In this document: piece by piece, positions 28,905-38,009 of the stretch | How positions within the stretch are numbered: position 1 is the stretch's first letter | Layout: the number at the start of each line of letters is the position of its first letter | IMG/VR virus record: IMGVR_UViG_3300020451_002055 | DNA from: a virus | Taxonomy: Duplodnaviria; Heunggongvirae; Uroviricota; Caudoviricetes | DNA: 64,000 nucleotides | Reading direction: 5' to 3' (one strand) | Position numbers and translations under genes: made by a program | Notes under the pieces: model-generated | The model's database searches: none | What the model was told of the DNA's origin: nothing | What the model saw: the letters and a program-made list of their open reading frames with translations, nothing else

Positions 28905-30062
28905 TCAGAAGCTCACTTCTTGAGGTCCGCCTGACTCATCTTTCGGCTTAGGAGAACGGCTCGGCGAGACTTTCACAGTCGAATTGTCATCGAGCGAATC
29001 GAATCCATCATCTGCTACAGAAGTCGTCCGTGCCTGACTCTGTTTTTGCGGCGCTCCAAACTTTTCAGGAGACGGACCGATACCGGTCAGAGTGACCTGA
29101 CGGCTCAGACTGTCGTATGCCGCATCGAGGTTGTTAAGGATGTCCTTGGAGGTCTCGAACAAGCCTTCAAGCTCATTGTAATACTCCTCCATGTCTCTCA
29201 TATGCTCGTAGTTGACTCCATCCTGCTTTGCGGCAGGCTTTTCATAAACAACCCGAGCAAGCTGTCCATGCATCATGGGAATCAAACGCTTCCAAAGGAA
29301 GTATTGAGAGTTGATGATAGACTTGATCTGAACGACCCTATCTCGCTTCTGCTGAATCGCCTGCATGCGATCTGCAATAGCGTCCTTGTCGCTCAAGCTG
29401 ACGCGGATGCTAACATAGGCATCATGCATCTCTTGGGTCCATTTATCAGTAGGCAATCTCTTGCCGTCTGGCAAATGACGTTGAAGCGTAGTTCGCTTCA
29501 TTTCATAGAACTTGGAGAACATTGGAGTAGGATGATCAACAAGGAATCCTGCCTCCCTTAGAGCATCAAACTCATCTCCCTCAGACGACTTGGAGTCTTC
29601 TACTTCCGGCGATGGTTGTTCAGGAGCCTCAGAATCGTCGTCAGATTCGGCCCCATCTTGACTCCCATCTCCTGAGAGTTCTTCGGGCTCATCAGATGAA
29701 GAGTCATCGGCTTTTTGCTCTTCCAGCGGTTCATCCGGTTCGGATCCGGATTCGCCTTTAGCTGCATTCTTCGCGTCGGTGATGATTGATGCGAAATCTC
29801 GCTCTTCTTGCTGTTCTGATTGCCCATCCGAAGCCTCCTCGTTAGATGAGTTAGTAGTTTCATTTTCGTCTGCGTTAGACGCTTTTGCTACGGCTTCGTT
29901 TACAGCTTTTGCCTTATCCTCAAAGCTTGTTTCTTCCGAGGATTTTATGACTGCAGCATATGCCCCTTCTTGGGACTCGTCAGATATGTCGTCATCTGTA
30001 TCTATGTTGCTGCCATCAGTAGGCACTCCGAATATATCGGCTAGTTCATCTGCGTGTCCCAT
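28905..30062 (-). CDS. Hypothetical protein: acidic disordered N-half plus helical C-half (possible recombination mediator)
   Basis: SD GAGGAG; D/E/S-rich first ~160 aa; coiled-coil-like second half. Confidence 0.65.
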   Translation of the reverse strand: MGHADELADIFGVPTDGSNIDTDDDISDESQEGAYAAVIKSSEETSFEDKAKAVNEAVAKASNADENETTNSSNEEASDGQSEQQEERDFASIITDAKNAAKGESGSEPDEPLEEQKADDSSSDEPEELSGDGSQDGAESDDDSEAPEQPSPEVEDSKSSEGDEFDALREAGFLVDHPTPMFSKFYEMKRTTLQRHLPDGKRLPTDKWTQEMHDAYVSIRVSLSDKDAIADRMQAIQQKRDRVVQIKSIINSQYFLWKRLIPMMHGQLARVVYEKPAAKQDGVNYEHMRDMEEYYNELEGLFETSKDILNNLDAAYDSLSRQVTLTGIGPSPEKFGAPQKQSQARTTSVADDGFDSLDDNSTVKVSPSRSPKPKDESGGPQEVSF

Positions 30063-30081
30063 AAGGGCCTGTCTCCTCTAT

Positions 30082-30417
30082 TTACAAGCTATCGAAGTCT
30101 TCATCCTTCAATCCGCCAGAAAGCGCTCCCTGTTCATCCTTCGGAGTTGCATAGGAGCCCATGAAGCCCTTCTTCTCTGCGGCCTGCAACTCTTCCTGAA
30201 TCATCGAGCAGCTTTCCTTGAAGTCCTTCGTTAGAAGCTTCGTGATGCCTGCGGACTTGTCCATCAACTCGGACAGATTAGACCATTCGATTGTATGCTC
30301 CTGATCAACGATCACATCCATGTTTTCATAGTTACCAAGGTTGAACTTGCGACAGATCGACTTGCGAATCTTTGACGTTCTTGGAACTTTAGTTTCCGAT
30401 TCTTTCTTCTCAGCCAT
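30082..30417 (-). CDS. Conserved-looking phage hypothetical protein
   Basis: SD AAGGAG; RKFNLGNYE motif. Confidence 0.7.
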   Translation of the reverse strand: MAEKKESETKVPRTSKIRKSICRKFNLGNYENMDVIVDQEHTIEWSNLSELMDKSAGITKLLTKDFKESCSMIQEELQAAEKKGFMGSYATPKDEQGALSGGLKDEDFDSL

Positions 30418-30427
30418 TGCTTACTCC

Positions 30428-32470
30428 TTATCCAAAAATATCCTGAGACATAACCCCTTTTCGACGAGAGCGCTTCATGTCTTCTCGTAGTCCACTAAAC
30501 TGATTGACATGATGCTCAACCGGGATCTTCTTGCCCTTCTCGTCCTTCGTCCGGAAGAATCCGGCGATCGCCAGAGACTCAACAGATTTGGTATCAACCT
30601 TCTTTGGATCCGTTTTGAATGCCAGGTCTCTCATGTCCTTGTATGGGGCATTCTCGATAATGTCTTCGGCTGCCGCCTTCGACAAGCCCTTGCATCGAAT
30701 AGGAGGTCTGATCTGCGAATAGGCTACGCCAGAAGACTCATCCTTCTTTGCAACGATCTCGTACTTCATGCCGCACTTGTTGAGATTGCGAGCAAGCATC
30801 TTGATCCCCATCTGATCCGTGCATTCTTTCTCAAGAACCTCGATCTTCTCATACTTAGCTCTGTTGAGTTCGACGTTCAGATATGCGCAGATGAACTCCT
30901 CAGGATAATGACACTTGAGATATGCCGTTTGATAGGACAAGAAACCATAACAGCATGAGTGAGACTTATTGAACGCATAGTCAGCAAACGGTATAATGAC
31001 CTTATCCCAGTAAGCCTGAGATACCTTAGGATCTACGCCGTTCTCTTTGCTTCCGGCAACGAACTGCTTCTCATACTTATCAAGGATGTCTTTCTTCTTC
31101 TTACCGACCGCCTTGATCATTCCGTAGCCATCAGTAATCGAGAAACCGGCAAGCTCGTTGCAAACCTGCATGACCTGCTCTTGGTAACAGAGAATGCCAT
31201 AGGTCTCATCAAGATACTTCTTGACGTATGGTTCAATCGACTCATGGAAGTACGATATCCTCTCATCGCCTCGCTTTCGGGCGCAATACTGAGGAATAAA
31301 CTCCATTGGACCAGGCCGATACAATGCAACGCCTGCGATGATATCCTCAAAACAGTCAACGCCGATCTGTTTCATGGTCCTTTGCATACCGGGCTCTTCG
31401 CATTGGAATACGCCGACAAGATTACCGGTCCGATATAGCTCGAACACTTCTTGGTCATCAAGCGGTATGTCTTCGATACTAAAATCAGCAAGATGCTCAT
31501 AGTTCTCGCGGATCAAGGAGATGCATTGCGAGATAACAGTCAACGTGCTAAGAGCAAGAATATCGAACTTGATGAGGCCCATTGATTCAAGGTCGTTGTA
31601 TTCGAACTGAGTCGCATACTCATATACCTTCTCAATGTTCTCTCCGTCGCCAGCAGACTTGATAATACTGGTCTGCCGGAGAGGGGCTATCTCATCAAGA
31701 GGACAATCTGATATAACGATACCTGCAGCATGAACTCCATAGACGGATAGGAGACCCTCAATAGACCTTGAATGGGTGAGGAGATCAGGATACTGATCAA
31801 TGTAGTATCTAAAGTCTCTGCAATACTTGTACGCATCTTCAACAGTCTTAATAGCATGTTCTTCCCCATCTTCTCCTTTGACCTTCAGCACCGCTCCGTA
31901 CTGCGGAGGCAATGACTTGATGATCTGATCGGCTTTGTCTCTTGTTTCAGCCGTCCATTGTTCTCTGCCTTGTCTAGTTGGCTGCCAAACGCCGTCCGGG
32001 TCAAGGGCCTTGAACGCTTTCCTGAGGAAGCTCCTCATCTTCAGAGCGCCATACGTCCCTATATTTCCTACATTCTCTCTGCCATACCGTTCGATGATGT
32101 AGTCATAGACTTCCCGCCTGCGCTCGTAGTCAAAATCAGTATCGATATCAGGAAAACCCGCTCTAGCAAATGCACGACGCTTCTCTAGGAACTCGCCTTC
32201 CGGCTGCTTATGCGTCATGCCTATGGCCCATGCTGTCCAAGAGTTGACTCGGTTGTCCGAACCGGCTCTCCCCCTGGAAGCATGAAGTGCCTTGACGAAC
32301 TCTTCGATTACCATCTTGCCATGTAGCCCCTCAGTCTCATACATGCGCTTGACTTCATCTTTGATGGACTGCTTAATCTCATCAGCCTTTGGATGAGAAT
32401 TGATACGCTCCGTAACCTCCGGCTCCTTGAGAGCGGCAATAACTTCTGCTTTAGCATCTTCTGCTGCCAT
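30428..32470 (-). CDS. dnaE: DNA polymerase III alpha, catalytic C-terminal part (palm/thumb/fingers/HhH; no OB or CTD)
   Basis: FPDIDTDF, GVHAAGIVI, GLIKFDILAL, GVFQCE, ALYRPGP, ILCYQEQVM, YAFNKSHS, AYLKCHYP. Confidence 0.95.
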   Translation of the reverse strand: MAAEDAKAEVIAALKEPEVTERINSHPKADEIKQSIKDEVKRMYETEGLHGKMVIEEFVKALHASRGRAGSDNRVNSWTAWAIGMTHKQPEGEFLEKRRAFARAGFPDIDTDFDYERRREVYDYIIERYGRENVGNIGTYGALKMRSFLRKAFKALDPDGVWQPTRQGREQWTAETRDKADQIIKSLPPQYGAVLKVKGEDGEEHAIKTVEDAYKYCRDFRYYIDQYPDLLTHSRSIEGLLSVYGVHAAGIVISDCPLDEIAPLRQTSIIKSAGDGENIEKVYEYATQFEYNDLESMGLIKFDILALSTLTVISQCISLIRENYEHLADFSIEDIPLDDQEVFELYRTGNLVGVFQCEEPGMQRTMKQIGVDCFEDIIAGVALYRPGPMEFIPQYCARKRGDERISYFHESIEPYVKKYLDETYGILCYQEQVMQVCNELAGFSITDGYGMIKAVGKKKKDILDKYEKQFVAGSKENGVDPKVSQAYWDKVIIPFADYAFNKSHSCCYGFLSYQTAYLKCHYPEEFICAYLNVELNRAKYEKIEVLEKECTDQMGIKMLARNLNKCGMKYEIVAKKDESSGVAYSQIRPPIRCKGLSKAAAEDIIENAPYKDMRDLAFKTDPKKVDTKSVESLAIAGFFRTKDEKGKKIPVEHHVNQFSGLREDMKRSRRKGVMSQDIFG

Positions 32471-32481
32471 ATTAGACTCCT

Positions 32482-33879
32482 TTAGTACCTATCTACGCCA
32501 CCCATATCGTCTTCTGTATCCCTGGCGTCATCAGATGCCACAAGGGTTTGCAGGTCGATATCGTCGTCGCCGAAATTGAAGTCTTGCTCGGTTACAAAAT
32601 ACTTGTCATCGAAGCCAAGGAACCTTTCCCAAAGAAGTCCATACTTCAAAGGATCAGGTCCGTAAGAGATGTTTAGACATCTCAGAAGAACGCTACCGAA
32701 GCCGGAGCCTCTACCGCAGCCAACGATGATGTCTCGATCTTTCGCCGCAATAATGTAGTCTCGAACAACAAGGAAGTAAGTCGCAAAGTCGTAGCGATTG
32801 TTTTCCCAGACAACCTGAACATCTCGCAACTCCATTTTCAGTCGCTCGACATGCTCGGGACTATTCTCCCAACCCAACTCCTTCAAGCCCTGATAAGCCA
32901 AATGTTCAAGGTAGTGATATGGGTTAGAAAAGTCTTCAGGTATCGGATACCTTGGGAGCCTCATCTTGCCGGTCAGATTCTCCATGATATTTTCGCTGTC
33001 AACAGATGCCGCAATCTCCACCGTATTGGTTAGGAGATTGGGATGAGAACCGAAATGCATCTGCATCTCATCAACAGATTTGAGATAGAACTCATTGAAC
33101 GGGAAATGGATATGCTTTGGATCAGTCAAGCACTTGGAGGTATACATAGCCATGAGTAACTCCTGCGAAACGCCTTGGCATTTTTCGCAGTAGTGACAAT
33201 CATTACTCGCAATGCATTTGCAGTTCAGTTCATCTGAGAGCTTCAGTACGTCTGGAATGATCATAGCTTCCGCATCGATGCCATGATACATGACTTCGAG
33301 GAAGAAATCTTCGCCGAAGAGTTCCTTGAACTTACCGGCAGCCTTGCGTGCCTGATCGTATCTGTCATGGAGTAAGTTTGCGTTGACAACGCTACTCAAA
33401 CATGCAGAAGAACAGATCAGTCCCTCATGATGCTTCTCTAGAAGGTCGAAGTCAATTCGAGGATCTTGAAAGGCGTATCCCTCTGTCCATGACGCCTGAG
33501 ACAATCTGCAGAGGTTCTGATATCCGGTCCAGTTCTTTGCAATGAGGACGAGGTGACGATTACCCTTGCGGCCATCGGTCTGCCCCTCTTCAAGGACATT
33601 GCCTCGCTTGTCTTTCTTGTTCTTGAAATGGACATGACGGTCTTTGGCCAGATAAAACTCGCAGCCTACGATCGGCTTGATGCCGACCTTCTTGCACTCG
33701 TTCATGAACTTGAACGCGCCGCCCATGTTGCCGTGATCGGTGATCGCTAGAGACTCGAAGCCCATCTTGGCTGCGTAAGCCGGAAACTTGCTGACCTTGT
33801 TGACACCATCAAATGCTGAGTATTCCGTATGATTATGCAGATGCACGAAGTCCGCATTAGTGAGCTTCTTCTTAGCCAT
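32482..33879 (-). CDS. dnaE: DNA polymerase III alpha, N-terminal part (PHP plus start of palm)
   Basis: HLHNHTEYSAFDG, AITDHG, GCEFY, HLVL, SNDCHY, YFLVV.D, GCGRGSGFGS, DPLKYGLLWERFL. Confidence 0.95.
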   Translation of the reverse strand: MAKKKLTNADFVHLHNHTEYSAFDGVNKVSKFPAYAAKMGFESLAITDHGNMGGAFKFMNECKKVGIKPIVGCEFYLAKDRHVHFKNKKDKRGNVLEEGQTDGRKGNRHLVLIAKNWTGYQNLCRLSQASWTEGYAFQDPRIDFDLLEKHHEGLICSSACLSSVVNANLLHDRYDQARKAAGKFKELFGEDFFLEVMYHGIDAEAMIIPDVLKLSDELNCKCIASNDCHYCEKCQGVSQELLMAMYTSKCLTDPKHIHFPFNEFYLKSVDEMQMHFGSHPNLLTNTVEIAASVDSENIMENLTGKMRLPRYPIPEDFSNPYHYLEHLAYQGLKELGWENSPEHVERLKMELRDVQVVWENNRYDFATYFLVVRDYIIAAKDRDIIVGCGRGSGFGSVLLRCLNISYGPDPLKYGLLWERFLGFDDKYFVTEQDFNFGDDDIDLQTLVASDDARDTEDDMGGVDRY

Positions 33880-33894
33880 TCATCCTCCTAGCGT

Positions 33895-34236
33895 TTAGAT
33901 ATCCAAGAAATCGTCGATTGTAAGACTCTTGGCATCTTCGCTATCGATCGGATTGTTGCCCGTAATTGAGATACTCACAATGTTCTCGAACGGAATGCGC
34001 TTCAATGTCAAGGTGTGAGTTGGACCTATCGAAAGTATGTCTAAGAATCGCTCTTCTGATATAGCAGTTATGCGAAGTTTGTCATACCTGGTGGTAGAAC
34101 CATCTCTCTTGATAGTGCCCGCGAAAGTAGTTCTCTTCTTGTAGAGAGACTTGCATATGTCAAGCTGAGCTTCTTTATCGAAGATGTCTTCGTCAATGAC
34201 AGGTATCAGAACTACCTGCTTGCATTGTATCTGCAT
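33895..34236 (-). CDS. Hypothetical protein
   Basis: Tiles the operon. Confidence 0.65.
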   Translation of the reverse strand: MQIQCKQVVLIPVIDEDIFDKEAQLDICKSLYKKRTTFAGTIKRDGSTTRYDKLRITAISEERFLDILSIGPTHTLTLKRIPFENIVSISITGNNPIDSEDAKSLTIDDFLDI

Positions 34237-34239
34237 CTG

Positions 34240-34719
34240 TCAGTCCTCGACTTCGATTTTGGCCGGGTTCTCAAGAGAATGACTCGACGTATTCTCGATG
34301 AACCTAGTTTCACCCTTGGGCGTCTCAACTTCAATCTCAATCGGTTCCTCGCCCGTCGATCTCTCTCTATCTAGATCGGCCTGCGATCCGGCGATGACAT
34401 GCTTCTTCACAATCGGCTTCTCGGTCTTTGGTCGAGGCTTTCTCAGCGTGAATGCTTTTCGAACCTCATCTCCAAACTTTGAAAGACTCTCAGACAGTCG
34501 ATTGTCGGCAAGTCTCTCGAAAGAATCGCTCATATGAGAAACCATGTCTCCCATGTCTCGACAAATGTAGTGGTGACCGGTTCCATAAAACAAAGCCTCC
34601 TCATGTTCATCGAGGAAGCCTTGAGAGCAGAACGGAGCTAGAGAGAGGAGCCAGTGGACGAGATGCTCTTCGTCTTCGGACAATAGCACGTCAACTATTT
34701 CTCTTGTAAGCGGGTCCAT
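34240..34719 (-). CDS. Hypothetical protein
   Basis: Tiles the operon. Confidence 0.65.
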   Translation of the reverse strand: MDPLTREIVDVLLSEDEEHLVHWLLSLAPFCSQGFLDEHEEALFYGTGHHYICRDMGDMVSHMSDSFERLADNRLSESLSKFGDEVRKAFTLRKPRPKTEKPIVKKHVIAGSQADLDRERSTGEEPIEIEVETPKGETRFIENTSSHSLENPAKIEVED

Positions 34720-34720
34720 T

Positions 34721-34996
34721 TCATACGCCGCCTTTGGGGAACTTCATTCGAACGCCAGCTTCATCATCTCTGATATACTTAGGCTTAGTCTCATTGATAT
34801 ACTTGCGAGTCTCTTCGCACCATTCCCATGCAGGGCCATTATGCTTGACCATGGGAGCGCAAATAACCCTCTGACAAGGACGACCATCTTCCGGGTTCTT
34901 TGTCAGAGCATCATCGCTCATCTTTTGGAATGTCTCGAAATGCTCGTCTGTAGGGTTTCCGTCTTTGTCTAGATAGGCGTAAACGTATGTTGGCAT
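34721..34996 (-). CDS. FmdB-family zinc-ribbon-like small protein (Cys-poor variant)
   Basis: MPTYVY...FETFQKMSDDALTKNPEDGRPCQRVICAP. Confidence 0.75.
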   Translation of the reverse strand: MPTYVYAYLDKDGNPTDEHFETFQKMSDDALTKNPEDGRPCQRVICAPMVKHNGPAWEWCEETRKYINETKPKYIRDDEAGVRMKFPKGGV

Positions 34997-35241
34997 TAGA
35001 TGTCCCTATCTTCATACGCTCCATCGGGCATGAAGCCCTCGCAGTTAGTTACTGCCATGAAGCTAGATCCTGATTTGTATAGCTTGACCTTCTGCAGAAC
35101 TCCGAAAACGCTGATATCTACCAGCGATACCGGATTGCCGCATTCTTTGTTGACGCAGCTTTCGCACAGGGGCATCTGAACGCCACCCGGTCCAACAGGC
35201 AGCTTAGCCATAGAGCTAAGTTTGACCTTGTATTGGGTCAA
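34996..35241 (-). CDS. Small Cys-rich hypothetical protein
   Basis: CESCVNKEC...CEGF. Confidence 0.65.
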   Translation of the reverse strand: MTQYKVKLSSMAKLPVGPGGVQMPLCESCVNKECGNPVSLVDISVFGVLQKVKLYKSGSSFMAVTNCEGFMPDGAYEDRDI

Positions 35242-35804
35242 TCGCTATCCTCTGCCCTTTTGATACTCTTCTTGGAGGCTTTCTTGCTGCCTTCCGCCCT
35301 AGCAGCAGCCCATTCTTCTCGGCTTGAACCTCTTTCCGCGATAATGTCGTCTGCCTTTGCTTTCTTCTTCGGCTCAACGGTAAATGACTCAAAGCCATCC
35401 TTCGGAATGTCAACGCCTTCAAGCGGCTCCGGAATTTCTGGCTCAGGTTTTTCTTCAACTGGCTGTTGAACCGGGGCTCCGGTCTTATACATACCAGGAG
35501 AACCTGTAATCGTCGGCATGCTCACGCGAGCGGAAGGGGTGGTGTTCTCTCTGTATACTGGCTTGGATGCATTCTTACCGCTATGCAGATTGTCAATGCG
35601 ACGAATCTCTTCGCTGACATCAGTAAACATCGCAGCAGGAAAGCTGTATCCGACGTTGTTGTTGTCGTCGAGCATCGAGATCGTCGGACCGAACTCCTTC
35701 GTATGATGATAACGAAGAGCTACAGTTACAGGCGTCTGGTCTGAAGAATCAGTCTCAAACTCCCATTCGAAATCATGGTTTCTCTTGTTCTCTTTGATCG
35801 GCAT
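35238..35804 (-). CDS. Hypothetical protein
   Basis: SD GAGGAG; tiles the operon. Confidence 0.65.
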   Translation of the reverse strand: MPIKENKRNHDFEWEFETDSSDQTPVTVALRYHHTKEFGPTISMLDDNNNVGYSFPAAMFTDVSEEIRRIDNLHSGKNASKPVYRENTTPSARVSMPTITGSPGMYKTGAPVQQPVEEKPEPEIPEPLEGVDIPKDGFESFTVEPKKKAKADDIIAERGSSREEWAAARAEGSKKASKKSIKRAEDSD

Positions 35805-36003
35805 TGCTTTTCTCCTCTAGGTGTTGCTTCAGGTAAGCTCTTATCGTCTCTTGAGCCTGCCTATGTTTATCATCGTATGTCTCTTCTATCGACCTGATCG
35901 GCTCAATATAGTTGCCGCATCTCGTGCAAATCTTGCCGAAATGGTTTGAGTGGCCTTCGAAACAAAAGCCGCATTGATCGCATTGAATCCCATTAGACAT
36001 CAT
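35773..36003 (-). CDS. Small zinc-ribbon protein
   Basis: CDQC...CTRC. Confidence 0.55.
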   Translation of the reverse strand: MMSNGIQCDQCGFCFEGHSNHFGKICTRCGNYIEPIRSIEETYDDKHRQAQETIRAYLKQHLEEKSNADQREQEKP

Positions 36004-36451
36004 CAGATTCTACATCTGGTTCGGAGAAATCCCGGTGTTCCCTTTCTCCATACTGAGAATCAAACACGCTAGAATCCGCAATGAATGTATCCCATTGCAA
36101 ATGCCAAAAGTCTGTCCATGTATCAATGAGGGACGGAAGCGGTTCAGGCCGTTTCCATCCATACTCTTGAGCCCAATAGCTCAAGCATCGAATATCCGGG
36201 TTATGAATGTCTCGGATAGTAGGAACATAGTCTGCGACAATCAGCCTGCCATCCCAATAAAAATGGCATGAGAACTGAGCAAAACCGAAAGGATTTTGAA
36301 TCGTCACAGTAGAGTCTATCATCCACCTCTCTACCGGCAGGTCTTCAATAATGCCATTTGAACGAGGCTTCTTCATGAGAGCAACAACGTCTTCGTAGTT
36401 GCCGTTAGCCTCCAAGAGAGTTAGATCATTGAATTGGATTTCAAAGTCCAT
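35993..36451 (-). CDS. Hypothetical protein
   Basis: Start MDFE overlaps the upstream stop (TAATG). Confidence 0.6.
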   Translation of the reverse strand: MDFEIQFNDLTLLEANGNYEDVVALMKKPRSNGIIEDLPVERWMIDSTVTIQNPFGFAQFSCHFYWDGRLIVADYVPTIRDIHNPDIRCLSYWAQEYGWKRPEPLPSLIDTWTDFWHLQWDTFIADSSVFDSQYGEREHRDFSEPDVESDDV

Positions 36452-37230
36452 TAGGCAAAAACATCCAATGCGCAAGCGACACGACTGCGAGCATATTCGA
36501 CGCTATCAATATCGTTGTCTATACCAATGTATTTACGGCGCAACTTCTTAGCTACTGCAGCAGTAGTTCCCGTTCCCATGAATGGGTCAAGTACGATATC
36601 GTCTTGATAGCAGTATAGTTTGACGAGTCTTCGAACTAACTCTTCCGGATAAGGAACGTGATGCTTGCCGCGCTTTCTTGTTTCTGGCTGTATGAACCAC
36701 ATGCTCATGGTCCATTGCTGAAACTCTTTATCTGTCAGATCGCATTTTTCCTTATCGCCTTCAAGACGATAGTCGCCCTTTGACCAAACAAGAACATACT
36801 CATGATTGCGTCGTATGATGGGGTTTGAACATGATCCGTATGAGCCCCAAGCGGTTGCAGAGCCGACTAGGTTCTGCTTATACCAGGCAATCTCTGTGCG
36901 GAACATGAAGTCGTTTTTGCGATTCAGGTTTACAAAATCAGCATATAACGGGCGGTAATATTCCTGAGAACGGTCGCCCATATTTGCGGTCATATCAATA
37001 TTGACGCAAAGACGCCCGCCGGGACGTAGGACTCGATAGCATTCAGCCCATACCTTACCCATCCAATCGAGATATTCCTCATGAGCCATCTCGTCGTCAT
37101 GTTCTGCGTAATCAATGCCAACGTTGTATGGAGGCGAAGTGACGACAAGAGAGACCATATCATTTGGTATCTGCTTGAGACCATCGAGAACATCCATATG
37201 CAGAATCTTGTTTACTACGTCTATTGCCAT
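36451..37230 (-). CDS. Beta-class N4-C/N6-A DNA methyltransferase
   Basis: VTSPPYN...HHVPYPEEL...LDPFMGTGTT. Confidence 0.92.
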   Translation of the reverse strand: MAIDVVNKILHMDVLDGLKQIPNDMVSLVVTSPPYNVGIDYAEHDDEMAHEEYLDWMGKVWAECYRVLRPGGRLCVNIDMTANMGDRSQEYYRPLYADFVNLNRKNDFMFRTEIAWYKQNLVGSATAWGSYGSCSNPIIRRNHEYVLVWSKGDYRLEGDKEKCDLTDKEFQQWTMSMWFIQPETRKRGKHHVPYPEELVRRLVKLYCYQDDIVLDPFMGTGTTAAVAKKLRRKYIGIDNDIDSVEYARSRVACALDVFA

Positions 37231-37238
37231 GATGCCTC

Positions 37239-38009
37239 TCAAAGAAATACGTCTTGCTGAATTGCTCGCCTACACCTCTCTTCGGCGATGCCAGCAGCTT
37301 CATTCGAAATATCACAACCAACCGGATGTCTGCCTAGTCTCATCGCTGCCTCGATGAATGAGCCGCTGCCCATGAATGGATCGCAAACACGATCTCCATC
37401 ATTCGACCAAAGCTGAACTACTCGCTTCATTAGATCGAGGGGCTTCTGCGTTGCGTATCCTGTCTTCTCCGGTTCATTGCGGCAAATCGCAGGAATATCC
37501 ATCCACCAGTCTTCGAGAATCTTACCTTTGGCCTCGTACTCTTCCCAAGGTATTTTCTCCTTAGACCATGCGGTTTTACCGCCTACATTCATCTTTGTCT
37601 TGTAAGGAACTCTTTGTTCGTTGTAGGTATAGTTGCCTATTCCATACCAGAGCAGATTTTGGTGCTTTCTCGGAAGCCATTTCTTTGAAGATGCAGGATT
37701 ACTGAATCCCCAAATGATCTCGTTTCGAAAATTCTCTCTTCCGAAAATACTGTCCATTAGAACTCTAAGATTGTGAACGCACTTATAGTCTACATGAACA
37801 ACTATGTTAGCATCAGGCAGCATCAGTTCTTGCATGACTCTAAGACGGTCAGACATGAAATCTAGATAGTCATGAAGATTATCGCCTACGCCATAATATG
37901 TGTCCTCGCCCTTATAACTGTAGGGCGGGTCCATGTAAATCAGAGAAAAGCCTTCTGAGTCTCTAAGCTCAAGGCAATCCTTCACATGCAGGTCATACTT
38001 AGTCTTCAT
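37239..38009 (-). CDS. Beta-class N6-A DNA methyltransferase
   Basis: YMDPPY, FRNEIIW, YATQKP, DPFMGSGS. Confidence 0.92.
   Translation of the reverse strand: MKTKYDLHVKDCLELRDSEGFSLIYMDPPYSYKGEDTYYGVGDNLHDYLDFMSDRLRVMQELMLPDANIVVHVDYKCVHNLRVLMDSIFGRENFRNEIIWGFSNPASSKKWLPRKHQNLLWYGIGNYTYNEQRVPYKTKMNVGGKTAWSKEKIPWEEYEAKGKILEDWWMDIPAICRNEPEKTGYATQKPLDLMKRVVQLWSNDGDRVCDPFMGSGSFIEAAMRLGRHPVGCDISNEAAGIAEERCRRAIQQDVFL

Noticed and set aside
32470-32620. Split intein or intron at the dnaE break
   Set aside because: No Cys/Ser-start N-intein, no HN-C end, and only an 11-nt gap with an SD.
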